A DNA stretch of 64,000 nt from Rhynchobatus australiae (lineage: Eukaryota), in NCBI GenBank assembly GCA_034780895.1, contig JAUZTB010000118.1:55792457-55856456 (forward strand), in the 5' to 3' direction. Shown here in pieces: positions 28,135-42,875 of this stretch. How positions within the stretch are numbered: the first letter of the stretch is position 1; every line of letters begins with the position of its first letter. The notes below the pieces were generated by a model that had not been told where the DNA came from, ran no database searches, and was given only the letters and a program-made list of their open reading frames with translations. Position numbers and translations under genes: made by a program.

Positions 28135-30484
28135 AAGTCAACAAAGGACTGTTGCTAATTTTCCAAAAGGATGTGACTAAAGACCTTTTAATTGAACCAA
28201 AAACCCTTGGACATTCATTTTAGAGTGTGAGCTTACTGTCAGTCTCAACTGCCATGGAGATGGATTATTCTACTTCATTGGAATGTTCAAATGGCTTCTT
28301 ATTAGAATAATCAGAAAGGAGCTTGCATCGATATAACACCTTCAGAAAACAAAATGCTCCAAGGTCTTTCACAGGGTTGTAATCAATAACTCTATGATGA
28401 CTAAATTATGATCTAGCAGTTGAATTTGTAGCACCAGTTTCAAGGAGGAGGAAAACAGGCAGGAAAGTAAGTATAGTAAAAAGATCACTGGGGAATATAA
28501 AATGAAGCTTTTGATGGGCATGTTAAGATAAAGAATGAATAAAATCTACAATGTGATTTTCAAACAAAAGCAAAAGCCTTAGATTGCCATTTAATAGAGT
28601 TTTTACCTTTTTTTAAACTATATCCCTAAGCACGGAAAACTGCAGCTATATATCATTCATAGACAAAGACACTGGACTTAAGTTTTTGCTGAAAGAACAC
28701 TGGAATATAGAACATATCCCACAAAAGGCAGTAAAGCAATTGGAATTCCTTTAAGTAAAAGTTATTCACTGGCCATAACCAATGACAGAGTTATGGCATA
28801 TACCTGCAAAAGGGTTAAGCATATAGGAAACTTGCAAGTCTCTGATTAAAAAGTCAACAAAATACCCTATACACTTGTAATCATGTAGTAGACATTACAG
28901 CATGCTGGCTATTTTCACATTGGCAGCAGCCTCTCTGTGCAGTGCTTTAAACAAATACATGAAGAAAGGCAAAGTTTGAGAACCATTTGAAGAAACAATA
29001 TTTCTGACAAATGTGAGTGGAAATGATTTTTTTTGCCAAAAGCACAAATGATCTTGGCTCCCAAGACTCCATGGTAAACAGATGTAGAATTCCTCTGAGT
29101 TGAACATATATAGGGAAAGAAAAAACTTTCAGTAATGCTTCCCTTACCTCATTGCATAGAAATTTGCTATCAGAAATAACTTCAACTAAATTAGTGAAAA
29201 TGATTTTTCTTCTCGAGAACAAGATGAGAAGATTTCTGACATTAAATCCGTATATAGTATTTCATAACTTTTTTCTTTTGTCTTTCGAATTTGTAGTCAC
29301 CATATCTTGGCATCTTCTGAGCTAAAAGAGCCAATAGCTCACAGCACCTCTGGGACTACACATGATCCACATGGACTGCCAGCATTCAACCATGGTACAA
29401 CAGCTTTGCTGGTAACTCAAAAGACCATGCACCAATCTATGACTTGCTTTGGTAGTCTATTCATTTTAGGACTAGGATAGAGATTTTTATGTGTGTTATC
29501 AAATTTCAAATACACACAAAAAAGACTTCAAAGTTTTCACACCATTTCATTTGGTCTAGGCATTGCTAGCAGCCAGCGTTCAGTGAGTTCCCTGTTGTAG
29601 AAAGGGATAATGTGGTTACTGAAAGTGTAGTGGGAAAAACAAGCACAGAATAAAGAGATCACAGCTCAGTGAACCAAGTGTGCATAAGCAATGTTTTTAA
29701 CTTCAAAATGTAGTTGGCTGATCAAATTTATCAAATTTGCAAGCTTAGTTCTGATTCAGTTTCACCNNNNNNNNNNNNNNNNNNNNNNNNNNNNNNNNNN
29801 NNNNNNNNNNNNNNNNNNNNNNNNNNNNNNNNNNNNNNNNNNNNNNNNNNNNNNNNNNNNNNNNNNNNNNNNNNNNNNNNNNNNNNNNNNNNNNNNNNNN
29901 NNNNNNNNNNNNNNNNNNNNNNNNNNNNNNNNNNNNNNNNNNNNNNNNNNNNNNNNNNNNNNNNNNNNNNNNNNNNNNNNNNNNNNNNNNNNNNNNNNNN
30001 NNNNNNNNNNNNNNNNNNNNNNNNNNNNNNNNNNNNNNNNNNNNNNNNNNNNNNNNNNNNNNNNNNNNNNNNNNNNNNNNNNNNNNNNNNNNNNNNNNNN
30101 NNNNNNNNNNNNNNNNNNNNNNNNNNNNNNNNNNNNNNNNNNNNNNNNNNNNNNNNNNNNNNNNNNNNNNNNNNNNNNNNNNNNNNNNNNNNNNNNNNNN
30201 NNNNNNNNNNNNNNNNNNNNNNNNNNNNNNNNNNNNNNNNNNNNNNNNNNNNNNNNNNNNNNNNNNNNNNNNNNNNNNNNNNNNNNNNNNNNNNNNNNNN
30301 NNNNNNNNNNAAACCTTTCATACAGGCTGTATATTTAGAGAATCAAAAGGTCCAGGAACTTTAATTTTCTGTTCATTAATATGAAAAGATGCCAAATTTC
30401 TGCAATTAACCATCAATAATCTTATAAATTATTCCACATGGAAAATGTCTACAACAATAACTGTCCCCCTATGAAAGTAAAAAA

Positions 30485-30630
30485 AAACTGTAGGTGCTGG
30501 AAATCTGAAATTACAACAGAAAATTCTGGAAACATTCAGCATGTCAGGCAGCATCTGTGAAAAAAGAAAAAGAGTTAAATAAATCAGCTCAAAGCCCCTA
30601 ACCTGTTGAGTGTTTCTAGCACTTTCAGTC
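30485..30630. mobile_element. Short inverted-repeat element, same family
   Basis: GCTGGAAATCTGAAATTACAACAGAAAATTCTGGAAAC..GGCAGCATCTGTG, then the inverted arm ACCTGTTGAGTGTTTCTAGCA. Confidence 0.65.
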
Positions 30631-33600
30631 ATTAACCTCTAAGACTGGTAACATGTAATGCAGGTAAATGTCTAATGTTCAACTTCAGGTGAGTTTCAAA
30701 TAACAGATGGCCTTATTTACCAATAATTCTTTACATATTTATGTAAAGATGAGAATGGACTGGAAAGGGTGCCAAGGATATTTAAGAGGTTGTCAGGTCT
30801 AGAAAGTTGTAGCAATGAAGAAAGTTAGGATTGTTTTCTGTCCAAAATGCTTGCTGTTATATTAAATAAGGCAGAGATGCTGACAGCAAGAAAACTCCTT
30901 GGAAATACTTATAGCCAGGGCAACCTTTTCAAATTAGGTCCTTTGATATCTGTGTCTTGGAAGCAGAGAGCTATGTTCTTGATGGGAGAATGAACATGAA
31001 TGGCAGGTTGAATTAGTTGCACTGAACAACCGGCACTCATTCTTCTAATGCTTATAATTTGGCCTAGATGTACTTGAGGCATGTGACAACCAGTGCCACT
31101 GAATTCTCACTGAGTTACTGAGAAATAAACCTTTCTATAAGTCAACTCTAAAGTTAGCTCAGCATATTACTGTATAAGCACAATGTTGAAATAAGCGGTA
31201 AGTTGAATTAATTATTGGCCACCACTGGACCCACATGGTCGGAAGTGGTAAAGAGAAACAGAATGTTTCCACACCGCTTAGAGCCACTGAATTTAATTAC
31301 TCTGCCTGCATTGAGTTTGAGGTTAAATTAGCTAATTCTGCATGACCTGAAGATAGAACATCAGGCCTTTGTGACCTGTATGTTAGTACCAGACCACATG
31401 TTTGTATATCCGCTGAGACTGTGAGGATCTTATAACTGAGAAATAGGCTGATAACCTGAAATTTACAGAATTTACATACCCATGACAAGAAATAATATTA
31501 GTCTCTCTTAACTACACTAAGGTTCAACACACCACAGGCCCATTTGTAAAAGGATGCACCGGCACAAAGACCATTGTCTCCAGTGCAACTGAACATGTGT
31601 TATACAAAATAAGGCCTTTCCTTGGAAGTTCTATTAGTGCACGACACTTGAAGGATAACAGGTAAGGCCAGGGCAGGAATGGGATATTGGGAGAAGGGGT
31701 TGTATGTCAGGCCACTGAATAGTGAAGTCAATGTTAGGGCTGTCTGCAATCATTTGTCATGGGGCAGGGCACGTAGTTTGGCAGGGTGTAAGGGGGGGGG
31801 GGGAATTGATCTATTTGCTGTTTACTTATTATTGGAGATTAGAAAGAAACTTTTAAAACAATTATCTGTAATGCTTCTTTTTTAGTTCAATCGTTCTTAC
31901 ACTCTTGTCTATGATTTTAGACTTTGTGGGAACTATCTTGAGTTCCAAGAAAGGATGGGCTAGATTCTGATAGGAATTAGGAAAAAAGTTTGGCATCTGA
32001 AACAGGGATCCACCTTGCCTCAAAACCTCCTCTTTCCAGCTTTAATGGAGCTGGGATAAGAATTAGATGACTTAATCACTCTTGAGATTTAAACATTTGA
32101 ATGAGAATATGTGCCTCCATGTCAACAGTTTTAACTACAGTTGTCTGTTTATCTCTGGCCTGGGGAAGTGCTGAAAGGAGGTGAAGTGCTGAATCAGCCA
32201 TGGAGTTAAGTACCTATATAGAATTACTGTGAACCAGGAGGCATAGGAATGTATCCTCCAGGTTTAACAAGGTAACCAGTAAACTTCCCTCCTCCACTAC
32301 TCAACAGCAAAGTGCTCCACCTATCCAGTTCATTTTCTTTGCACATCAATTGGACACCACCCACACCTTACATATAGTCAATCAATTTGGTTGCAAGCAG
32401 GAAGTTAACCAAGAAAATAACCAAAATAAATCCTGATCTTATAAACTCACAACGCAGGATTTCTTGTTCCAAACCTATACACTAGAAGATATCCCAGAGG
32501 CATGTCCGGAGTTTGCATAAACCAGGAAGGAATCTTCAATCTGATTGGTTGAAAAGACAAGGTGCTGTTTGTATGTCTCACACAGATCCCAGAAATGATG
32601 TTGAATTGGATCCCTAGTTATCTTAAAATGGGATCCATAATCCCATTGGCAGCTTCAAGCATAATGTTTCATAAAGGACCATTATGTTCCATAAAAGACC
32701 TGGCACACACTTCATTCATGACAAGGTGATATTTCTAATTTCCAAAATTTTCAATTGATTTCTTCGCAAGGCTAATTTCAACATTGGCAATGTTACTCAG
32801 TTACAGTTCAAGGAAAATCTGTTTAAACCTTGCTTTTTGTGCAGTGCTGACTGGTGGTTGATCCTCAGAAACCCAATTAAAACGGCTGAAGTTGATGGCC
32901 AGATATTGCTGGCTTAGACCCTCTGCTCGGAACCACCACCCATGGCTCCCTCATTCCTATACTTAACTGGCATGCATATGGAGGGCCGAACTTGCTGGCC
33001 CCAGGTGTCCAGGACTCCAGTTGTGTACTCTTAACAGCAACAGAATATCTGGTGGCATAGTAAATAGGTGCTGCCCCCAAAAGGTTGACAATTGACAAAA
33101 CCCCCACTCATCTCATCCCCATTTCATCTCTTGCTGCAAAACCTGATTTTTAATAGTTAAGTTCCTGTGACAGTGATAGTTCAATTATAACTGAAATCAT
33201 TAAAAAAGTTAATTAAAAATGCTTATAAACATTAAATCAAAGTGAAATAATTGAAAAGTAACTTGCCTTTGCCTCCTTATACCCATTGAAATCAATTGGG
33301 TCTCAGATCCAATGCCAGATTTGATCTGGTGAAGGATCTAATATACAGGGATCCACAACACAGAATACTCATGGATTTGGCCTTCCAAATCAACCCACGT
33401 GGAGTTGCAGCTGGCGATATTGTTAAACACTGATTGTTACATGTGGATACCTCAGCATTAGCACAGGGATATGAGTCACATTGAAGGTGAACTACATGAA
33501 AGATTAGGGAAAGGAAATGTTTCTTCCATTGACTAAAAATTAAGCAAGTTTTCTTAAACAGGAAAACACAAGGTTATCAAATTCAGGAACAATAATTGAA

Positions 33601-33808
33601 TCTATGGTTTCCACAAAGACTGGAGATAAAGGCAAACACAGGTACTGACAAATTTGTTCAATGAATCAAGACTTCTCAATTCAGCAAAGCCATGAAATTT
33701 TACCCAATCAATCATTTATTTTGAAAGCAGGATCAAGAACTACAAAGATGGAGATTAAAAAGAGCATAGATTGATTCTGCTTTGATACATAAATGTTTCC
33801 CACAATAC

Positions 33809-33862
33809 CTCTTCCATCTGCTGTGATACCAATTCCACTGCTACACAGGGCCTGGAATTCAG
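33809..33862 (-). CDS. FBN2: Fibrillin small exon, TB2 end (54 bp)
   Basis: AEFQALCSSGIGITADGR; CAG acceptor, GTATT donor. Confidence 0.93.
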
Positions 33863-36499
33863 CTGTAAAACCCAGAATAAAGATTTGGTTATTAATTCTG
33901 AACTTGAACAGCTGGTACACAAAATAACACCAACTTACCTACTTGATGTTAACATTTCAAAAAAATTTTTCAAAACTGGTCACACTGATGATAATAGTGA
34001 AACACATAGATATAAAAATGCTATTACAAACATCAAACCATTGTTGATCCTTTCTCTTTGGTCAACTACCATGTTGGACAAAGGATTACTTAGCTCAATT
34101 ATACTTGAAGGTTCTTTATTACTACACACTAATTACCTTACACCCTTCCGTACACTTTAGCAATTCTCACATGGATTCAAGCCTAGATATTACCCAATCT
34201 AAAGGAAATGGCCAGGTTCACTCTGAGGGTGACTGATCTACTCTGATAGCTGGATTTGGGGTTCTCTTCTTGGTGAATTATTTCCACTTATGTCTCTGAT
34301 GACCCTTCTTTCATACATTTCTCCCAGTCTTCCAGAATGGTCTTTGTGAGCCCCTTCTTGGACCTTCATGATTTTGAGATCATCCATCCAAGGATCATGC
34401 ATACACAATGTATATGCTCCACTTTTTCCTTTGTGGTTTCTTGATTCAGAGACCTTGCAACTACAAAAGTTTAGGTGACCCTGATGTTGATTGAATAAGC
34501 ACTCTGCCTTTATTTAGCTTTCTTTCAATGGACCGGTGTTCAAAAAAGAGTTGGCTTCTCTGCCCAGCATTCATTATGGAAATTTATTTGTTGGCTACGT
34601 AGCTATATTGTTATTCACAATTTATATTTTAAATATGGAAAAAATAGATGATACACAGCATGGATCACCGAATACAGTAGTTACCCAATACAAAGATCCA
34701 GACAACATGAGCAACAAAGACAGAGATACACTGTGGACGAACACTAAGTATATTTATGCTAAGTAAAAATGTGGAAATAAACATAAATGATAGCTTTTTA
34801 AAAATGTGAAATGCCTAAGAGAACTGTTATATTATTATGAATATTCATTTAGTGTTCTCCAAGAGTTTACAGAATATTTACACATGGATAAGAAACATTA
34901 CTGGGATTCCTCATTCTGTCTTCAGTCTAACATGAGCATTATTTCCTTACATGGGAATAGGGTATACATCAACACTGCAACAGTGACTATCATTTTCCAA
35001 CATTGGAATATTGATTACAGAACTTCATTGGCTGATGGAGCCTTAGGGCTATTTGTGGTTGGGAAAGGCACTCCAAATAGGCATGTTCTCAGTAATGCGT
35101 AGGGGGCACCTTGGCTGGCTAACCTTCTTCAATCCAGTGATAAACCAGCTGTAGCATTCCCCCTGCTGCCTAGGTGGGAGTGCATGGTACTTTTAAGTGG
35201 ATCAGTATTAACTGCATTCACCAAACCACCTAGGAAAAGTTGCCCTCTTAAAGGCAGGATAAATAGAGAATATAGACATTTCCTGAAAGTCCCCTGAACA
35301 AGCTTAATTGAAAAAAAACTAGGATATATTTAAAAACAGCCCTTCAGGGGAAGATTAGATGGGGCCATAAGCACTTTATAAGTAATCTGCAAAGACTTCA
35401 GGTACTATTCAATGGAAAAAAATTACAATACACACATCAATGTTATATTATCACCTTTGGTTCATCTAGTAAAGAAGTTTTAAAAGCTAATTATTAATAT
35501 AACTTTAATCTCCTTCCATTAAGTCATTATTTTCTGATTTCTAAATTTCATACTATGTAGTGGCCCTCTAGATAGGTTGTACATTTAAAATGACGCTCCC
35601 AGGCTNNNNNNNNNNNNNNNNNNNNNNNNNNNNNNNNNNNNNNNNNNNNNNNNNNNNNNNNNNNNNNNNNNNNNNNNNNNNNNNNNNNNNNNNNNNNNNN
35701 NNNNNNNNNNNNNNNNNNNNNNNNNNNNNNNNNNNNNNNNNNNNNNNNNNNNNNNNNNNNNNNNNNNNNNNNNNNNNNNNNNNNNNNNNNNNNNNNNNNN
35801 NNNNNNNNNNNNNNNNNNNNNNNNNNNNNNNNNNNNNNNNNNNNNNNNNNNNNNNNNNNNNNNNNNNNNNNNNNNNNNNNNNNNNNNNNNNNNNNNNNNN
35901 NNNNNNNNNNNNNNNNNNNNNNNNNNNNNNNNNATATTAGATTGAGATTTCTGATACATATAATGTATTTATGTTATGTTTTTTAAGATTATTTATTTGG
36001 TGTTTCCTCAATTATAATGCATGTTCTTTCTTTTGTTGATTGTTGCATGCATGCTATTTGGAAAATAGAATAGGGAAAATGTGTGATCAAAATGTGGCAC
36101 GATGCATTAGAAGATGGTACCTGTGCATCATGCAACTTGATTAGTTGGGGAGAATTTTACCCATTCATTGGCAGTACATGCAGCTATTAACCCTCCCTAA
36201 TTATTTGAACTCATGCCTCCAAATTATTTGTCCAGACCTCTGATAACATGAATAAGCTGCTCAATTCAGTACCCGAAAATAAAGTTCTACAAGTTGTAGA
36301 TTCTTGTCTTCAGACATTTCACTAACTAGGTCTAAAAGTTTCTGGATTCTCTTTAGCTTCTTTATGGTGAAAAGAATTTTGTGATTTGTTCCCCGACTGG
36401 TTCTGGAAAGACTGTGATATTTGAATTAGCCATGGGTACAATTTTTCCACCTTTTTAAATTCCTCTTTTCTTTGGCAACCTGCCAAAATAAATATATAC

Positions 36500-36652
36500 C
36501 TGAGTTTTTTGCTGGGCAAGGTTGACATGGCTCTCCAAAACCATTATCCAGACTGGCACAGCAGCATTCTGATTTTGTCACTGCTCCAGAGAATGGGCGG
36601 ACACACAGTCCTTTCTTAATTCCCCCATAGCATGTGCTGCGCATGTGGGTGT
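36500..36652 (-). CDS. FBN2: Fibrillin exon, TB2 first part (153 bp)
   Basis: [51 protein letters not shown]; TAG acceptor, GTATA donor. Confidence 0.95.
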
Positions 36653-39172
36653 CTAAAACGATAAAAGAAAACACAGTATAAAGAAGCATTCAAAGGCCTT
36701 GGATGCTGCTCATTATATCTGGAACTTGAGTCAGAAAACTTTCCTTTTGAAGTCAAAATTGTTTATCATAGCCCTGTTCAATGCACCAGTTGTCAAGACA
36801 TAACTATGGCACTGGAGACAGGGATCATCTCAGTAGTGTCAAAAGGACAAATGAGTAGCCTCAAACATACAGCACTTGTGCAAACAATGTATCGGAAACA
36901 CAAATACTTTCCTGAGCTATAATTCACTGTTCTCTCTCTGACCTGATAGTGAAAACATTGTTGAGCTTACAGTATTATTGTAACTCCAGACTTCAACTGT
37001 TCCACAACTACTGATCACTTAAACAGAACTGACCCTTTTGGTTACTTTTTTATTCTTGTTTGTTCTTGTTTTTTTTAAGAACAGATTGAGATCATGGTAT
37101 ATTTGAGGAACAGTGGAAAATGTTCTCACTGATAGAAATGCATGCAGAGAACCCTCTACATATAGTTGGCTTTTTTTATATATACTGAAAGCAAGCTGTG
37201 AGTATTAATGGATTTATTTTTATGGCTTGTGTAAAACATTACAGGTCAAACAGAGTGAGTAGAAACAAGCCTTTAACAAATTCACAATCAAGTAAAAGAT
37301 TCTAATAGGAGAATGTTAAACCACATATGACAGTTCCTGAAGTCGTTCCCTGGGAGTCTGACCTTTTGCAGTCATTAGACATCTGGTTCAACTTTTACAG
37401 CTCCAAATGACACACTGGGGAAAATTAAGACATCCTCCAAGTATTGCTACAATCCATGAAGTGTTACATTCCCAGCAATTCCTCCCACTTCACGTGCTGT
37501 GCTAAACTTGTTTTCTGGCCGCACACTGTCGAACCTGAAGTTCCTTGCACTAGTTGACATTAATGGTCTTCTGTTCATTGCATCTGTAAAATTTGTGATA
37601 TCAAAGGACAGTGACCAGTGACCCTTTATAATATGTGGCATTGTGGGAAATTAGAGAAGATGAATTGTAACCTGAAAAGCTAGAATTTGCATTTTGCCCA
37701 TTTTTGGTTCAGTAAACACATGCTGTGTTTTGTTCTTAAGCTGAAAAGGGGCATGCTAAAAAGTGATACATTGGTGAAATATACCTTTGGTGAAATTTAC
37801 CTTTTAGAAAATCTTCAGAATTGTACCTCCCTCTCCACCCATTTTGTTNNNNNNNNNNNNNNNNNNNNNNNNNNNNNNNNNNNNNNNNNNNNNNNNNNNN
37901 NNNNNNNNNNNNNNNNNNNNNNNNNNNNNNNNNNNNNNNNNNNNNNNNNNNNNNNNNNNNNNNNNNNNNNNNNNNNNNNNNNNNNNNNNNNNNNNNNNNN
38001 NNNNNNNNNNNNNNNNNNNNNNNNNNNNNNNNNNNNNNNNNNNNNNNNNNNNNNNNNNNNNNNNNNNNNNNNNNNNNNNNNNNNNNNNNNNNNNNNNNNN
38101 NNNNNNNNNNNNNNNNNNNNNNNNNNNNNNNNNNNNNNNNNNNNNNNNNNNNNNNNNNNNNNNNNNNNNNNNNNNNNNNNNNNNNNNNNNNNNNNNNNNN
38201 NNNNNNNNNNNNNNNNNNNNNNNNNNNNNNNNNNNNNNNNNNNNNNNNNNNNNNNNNNNNNNNNNNNNNNNNNNNNNNNNNNNNNNNNNNNNNNNNNNNN
38301 NNNNNNNNNNNNNNNNNNNNNNNNNNNNNNNNNNNNNNNNNNNNNNNNNNNNNNNNNNNNNNNNNNNNNNNNNNNNNNNNNNNNNNNNNNNNNNNNNNNN
38401 NNNNNNNNNATCCAATTTCTAGATTCAAGAATTTTTGTGATAGTTCCATTCCTAAGATAGTTCTGAATCGATGTGCATTATTAAAATCCAGTGTTTTTGA
38501 TTCCACTTGCCTGCTTTGATTTTTATACGAGTCACACAAAAAAAGTTTCCAACAATCTGGTGACAGAGTTCTTGATATTTTCTTAAAAGTCTTATAGCAC
38601 AAGTTGATTTGCAGTTGAATTACAAGCTTCAGCTTATAAAATTGTACAAACTATATCTTTAGGGGGCTATTTAACTTGTGACATGGTAACAAAATTTGAT
38701 ATGATTATACAGCAGTACACAAAAAAATTAATGACATTTACTTGCTATTTTTTATTATTGATTTAGAATGTAAGTTAAGTGACCATCTTTAAGTTTTATG
38801 CTCTGAACTACAGAGAAATGGAAGTAAGCATGCCATAAATAATTCAGAATTCATTTTATTTATCTGTTATGATAGTTTACAAATAAGTCTGTCAAAAAGC
38901 TTCAATTATTCTTACACAAGACTGATTGAGCTTTTTAATTCAATTATTTCAGTTCTGTACTTTTTTCCATAGATGTTTAGGTCTGATTGCATACAAATAG
39001 TCTAGGTCCAAGTATAAAAGATTTCTCATTTCCAAAGCAATTTGAATTCCCAGAATATCTGAAACATGAAGAATTCTGGCATCCTGTGAAAGAATAAATT
39101 GAGAATGACAGCCAGATGTGTTATAACTGTTCTTCCTCAGGTCTCTGTCTGGAATTATAAAGTCTTTCTTAC

Positions 39173-39295
39173 CGACACAAACCCGCCCATCTACACCAAC
39201 AGCGAGGCCTGGGGGGCACTCACACCTGAAAGAGCCTTCAGTGTTGATGCAACGGCCATTCATACAGATTCCTGGTGTCTGGCATTCATCAGTGT
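39173..39295 (-). CDS. FBN2: Fibrillin exon, cbEGF6 (123 bp)
   Basis: (D)[40 protein letters not shown]; CAG acceptor, GTAAG donor. Confidence 0.95.
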
Positions 39296-42200
39296 CTGTA
39301 TAGAAAAATACAAAATGTCATCTTATTCTCAATGTCATTATTTCAGCTGACATAACAATTACAATATGACAGCAGCTGTTCTACTCCTAACATTAAAAAA
39401 ATTTCCTTCCTTAACCCCACTATGCTTTATTACTTCTCAGCTAAACAATACATCTTTTAAATGAAAGTCAGGCTCACTTTGACCTCACACTGATATATAA
39501 AAAACAATGTGCAAAGAAACAACAAAAAAAACCAAAAAACCTATGTGCAGGTAAACTGAAAACATTGCATTACTCTTCAGAAGGGCTCAATTGTTACCTT
39601 TGTTGTCCTGAGTAAAGGTTCTCAATAACAACAATCTCTGCTATATTCTCTATACAAAGCACTCAACTTCAAAGTAATCTTCATGAGACTACCAGATATT
39701 AAATGTTAACATTTTGTGATAATCTCATAGCACATTACAGAACATTAATTATATTAGACCAGATCTACAAAAATACGTTGATACTAAAGGTGCTATTCAT
39801 ATGTGATTCACACAACTTCAAGTGAACAGTTGCATTAAACAGGAAAATCCAGAGGTTGCTGTCTAAAATGCGCTACTCTGACATATGCAGGAACAGCATC
39901 CTGCCATTTCATTCTCCATCTAAATAAGAACATAATAACGTGGGAGATAGGAGTGGAGTCAACTTTCTTTAAGAATGTTTCCAGGATATAATCTCTTATT
40001 ATGTTGAACTAAAAAAAATAGACAGTCTACTCAATTTAATATACTAACAGACATTATTTCACAAATGGAGACGATTCAGCCAGTTGAATCCATGCTGATT
40101 CCCAGCAGAGCAATCCCTTTATATCATGTTCCCCTGCAGCCCTGCAACTTATTCTCACTCTGACGTTCACCAGCTTCCCCAGTTATTTTTTTTGTTAAAC
40201 ATTTACACACACTAAGGGGCAATATTCAGTAGCCAATTAACCCATCCATTCTCACAGGACAATTCCTCTGACCAAGGAATAAGTTTACTGATCATCTATT
40301 GTATTCCCTCCAGGGATAGTGTGGGCTTTCTTCTTTCCCCTAAGGAGTCCAGGTATGGTTTCACCAAGACACTATATAACTGTAGAAAGATTTATTTCCT
40401 CTCATATTCTAATACTTTTGCAATAAAGACTAACATGCAATATACCCATTTAGGACCTACCATGTAATAATTTGGAATATTAAACACTTAAGTATCTGTA
40501 CTTGCATTGTAAAAATGAGTTAAATCTTATTTGGTTCATTGTCCAGCAACAAACTATGTATCAATGGAATAGGCAAGATTTCTGCTTGTCTATTCTATTC
40601 CAATTACCCATTTTAAAGATATGCTTTCCCTTAAATATTGCCAAACCACCACTCTGACATTGAAATTTTGCTTCCAAGAGTGTGGAGTTTCATTTTTTCT
40701 GCTTTTAATCAAATCATTTTCTTTTATTTTTTCAGTTTTTATTATGCCTTTCACTTAATCTTCCTTTCCACCTTATTTTTTGCATGCTGTTCTTGATTTG
40801 ATATCAAACTTACTATTTTAACCTGTATTTCCCAATTTAGACTGTGCACTGCTCATTAAACAATTCAATTTTTTGCCACATTAAAGAGGTACATATTTTC
40901 TGATCTAGATCACACAGATTTCTGCTGCTGTACTCTCACTTGTTACAATTTGCATGCAAAAACTCATTAAGCAGATAAGGGCAAGTACATCGAAAGACAG
41001 ATGTCATTATTTTGATGGTTATGATAAATTCTGGCCCATTATATTACAGATTGTTCTTTGCAACACACTACCAATATGTCAAATAATTCTTGAAATCAGT
41101 TAAATTGAAAACCATTATTAGTAGTTAGTACTTACAANNNNNNNNNNNNNNNNNNNNNNNNNNNNNNNNNNNNNNNNNNNNNNNNNNNNNNNNNNNNNNN
41201 NNNNNNNNNNNNNNNNNNNNNNNNNNNNNNNNNNNNNNNNNNNNNNNNNNNNNNNNNNNNNNNNNNNNNNNNNNNNNNNNNNNNNNNNNNNNNNNNNNNN
41301 NNNNNNNNNNNNNNNNNNNNNNNNNNNNNNNNNNNNNNNNNNNNNNNNNNNNNNNNNNNNNNNNNNNNNNNNNNNNNNNNNNNNNNNNNNNNNNNNNNNN
41401 NNNNNNNNNNNNNNNNNNNNNNNNNNNNNNNNNNNNNNNNNNNNNNNNNNNNNNNNNNNNNNNNNNNNNNNNNNNNNNNNNNNNNNNNNNNNNNNNNNNN
41501 NNNNNNNNNNNNNNNNNNNNNNNNNNNNNNNNNNNNNNNNNNNNNNNNNNNNNNNNNNNNNNNNNNNNNNNNNNNNNNNNNNNNNNNNNNNNNNNNNNNN
41601 NNNNNNNNNNNNNNNNNNNNNNNNNNNNNNNNNNNNNNNNNNGTCAACATAAGTAGATAAAATGCACATATATTAGCAAAGAAAAGATATTTATTTTAAA
41701 AGGTTCATGCATTTTTAAGTTCCAATAATATAATGCATTCACTGCCATTGAATAATTTAGCATGTACATATCATGTCCAATCCTTGCAGGGAATAATTTG
41801 TTTTGGACTGGCAGAAATCTTGCCTATTCCGTTGATACATAGTTTGTTGCTAGACAATGAAGCAAATAAAATTCTTCTACATCTTACAGTTAAAGTACTA
41901 GGGAGCTTTTGCATTTTGGGAAAATCAATTTTTTGGGGGCAAATATGCAAGGTTATTGGAGGAAGTGGTTGTATGTTGTTTTTGCTTCATATAGATTGCA
42001 ATATAACTACACCTGGAAAACAAAACTTAACAATTCCAATGGATGTCAAAAGACATTTTTTTTTAACCTTCTGGCAATAGCAAATGGCAAAGCACCTGGA
42101 AGTTCACCGGATATTACCCTACATCCCCTTTGCTCGTGTTGCTGGTAGATCTTTTGGGATCGGGTGGAAGGGTAGAGAGAGTAGTGTTCATGTCACCAAT

Positions 42201-42357
42201 GGTGCAATCTGAACACGCACCAAAAAGAGATTACAAGATCGAACTGAGACTGCTCCTTTCTCTCTCATCCCACAATCCCCTCTAAAAAACATGTGCATTT
42301 ACACCCTATGGCTACCTTTATCAGGGGCCAAAAATTACAATCCTCAAAATAGTTATA

Positions 42358-42653
42358 AAGAGTTATAGCATGGAAACAGGCCCTTTGGCCCATTGATTCT
42401 GTGCCATCCATCAAGCACCCATTTTATCCTCCTTTCATTCCATCATACACCACCCCCCCCTCCAAGATTCTACCATCCATCTGCACACATGCACAATTTG
42501 CAGTGGCCAATTAGCCTATCAACCCATGCACTTTTGGGATGTGGGCAGAAACTGGAGTACCCAGAGGAAGCCCACGGACAACACCAGAAGTCAGCATTGA
42601 ACCCAGGTCACTGAAGCTGTAAGGCAGTAGCTCTACTAGATGCAGCACTGTGC
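42358..42653 (-). mobile_element. tRNA-derived V-SINE (HE1-like) with CR1-type tail
   Basis: Minus strand: GCACAGTG..CTAGTAGAGCT (A-box region), GGGTTCAATGC (B box), CTCCAGTTTCTGCCCACATCCCAAA V-domain, GGGCCTGTTTCCATGCT tail; homologous to 55878-56302 and 61450-61790. Confidence 0.8.
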
Positions 42654-42875
42654 AAATGCTTGAGGGTTAAGTCAGCCCTGGAATCCCAGGTTAGCTTCTG
42701 TCTTCTCAGCTCTCAGTAATAGGCATTGAGAGAATGAAGATGTTCTGAATTTGCACTTTCTAGCATACGTACAACCATACGGGAATGAACTTCAAGTTGT
42801 GAAAGTGCCCATTTTGCATTTCAGCCGATTTCCTTTGCTACTCTTGTTCCCTTTCTGACCATTTAACAGTTGAAA

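Noticed and set aside
27680-28135. 151-aa plus-strand ORF
   Set aside because: Antisense reading of the CR1 fragment.
42590-42653. tRNA-like A and B boxes (also near 18115, 55880 and 61730)
   Set aside because: These are SINE heads; no complete cloverleaf, so not called as tRNA genes.
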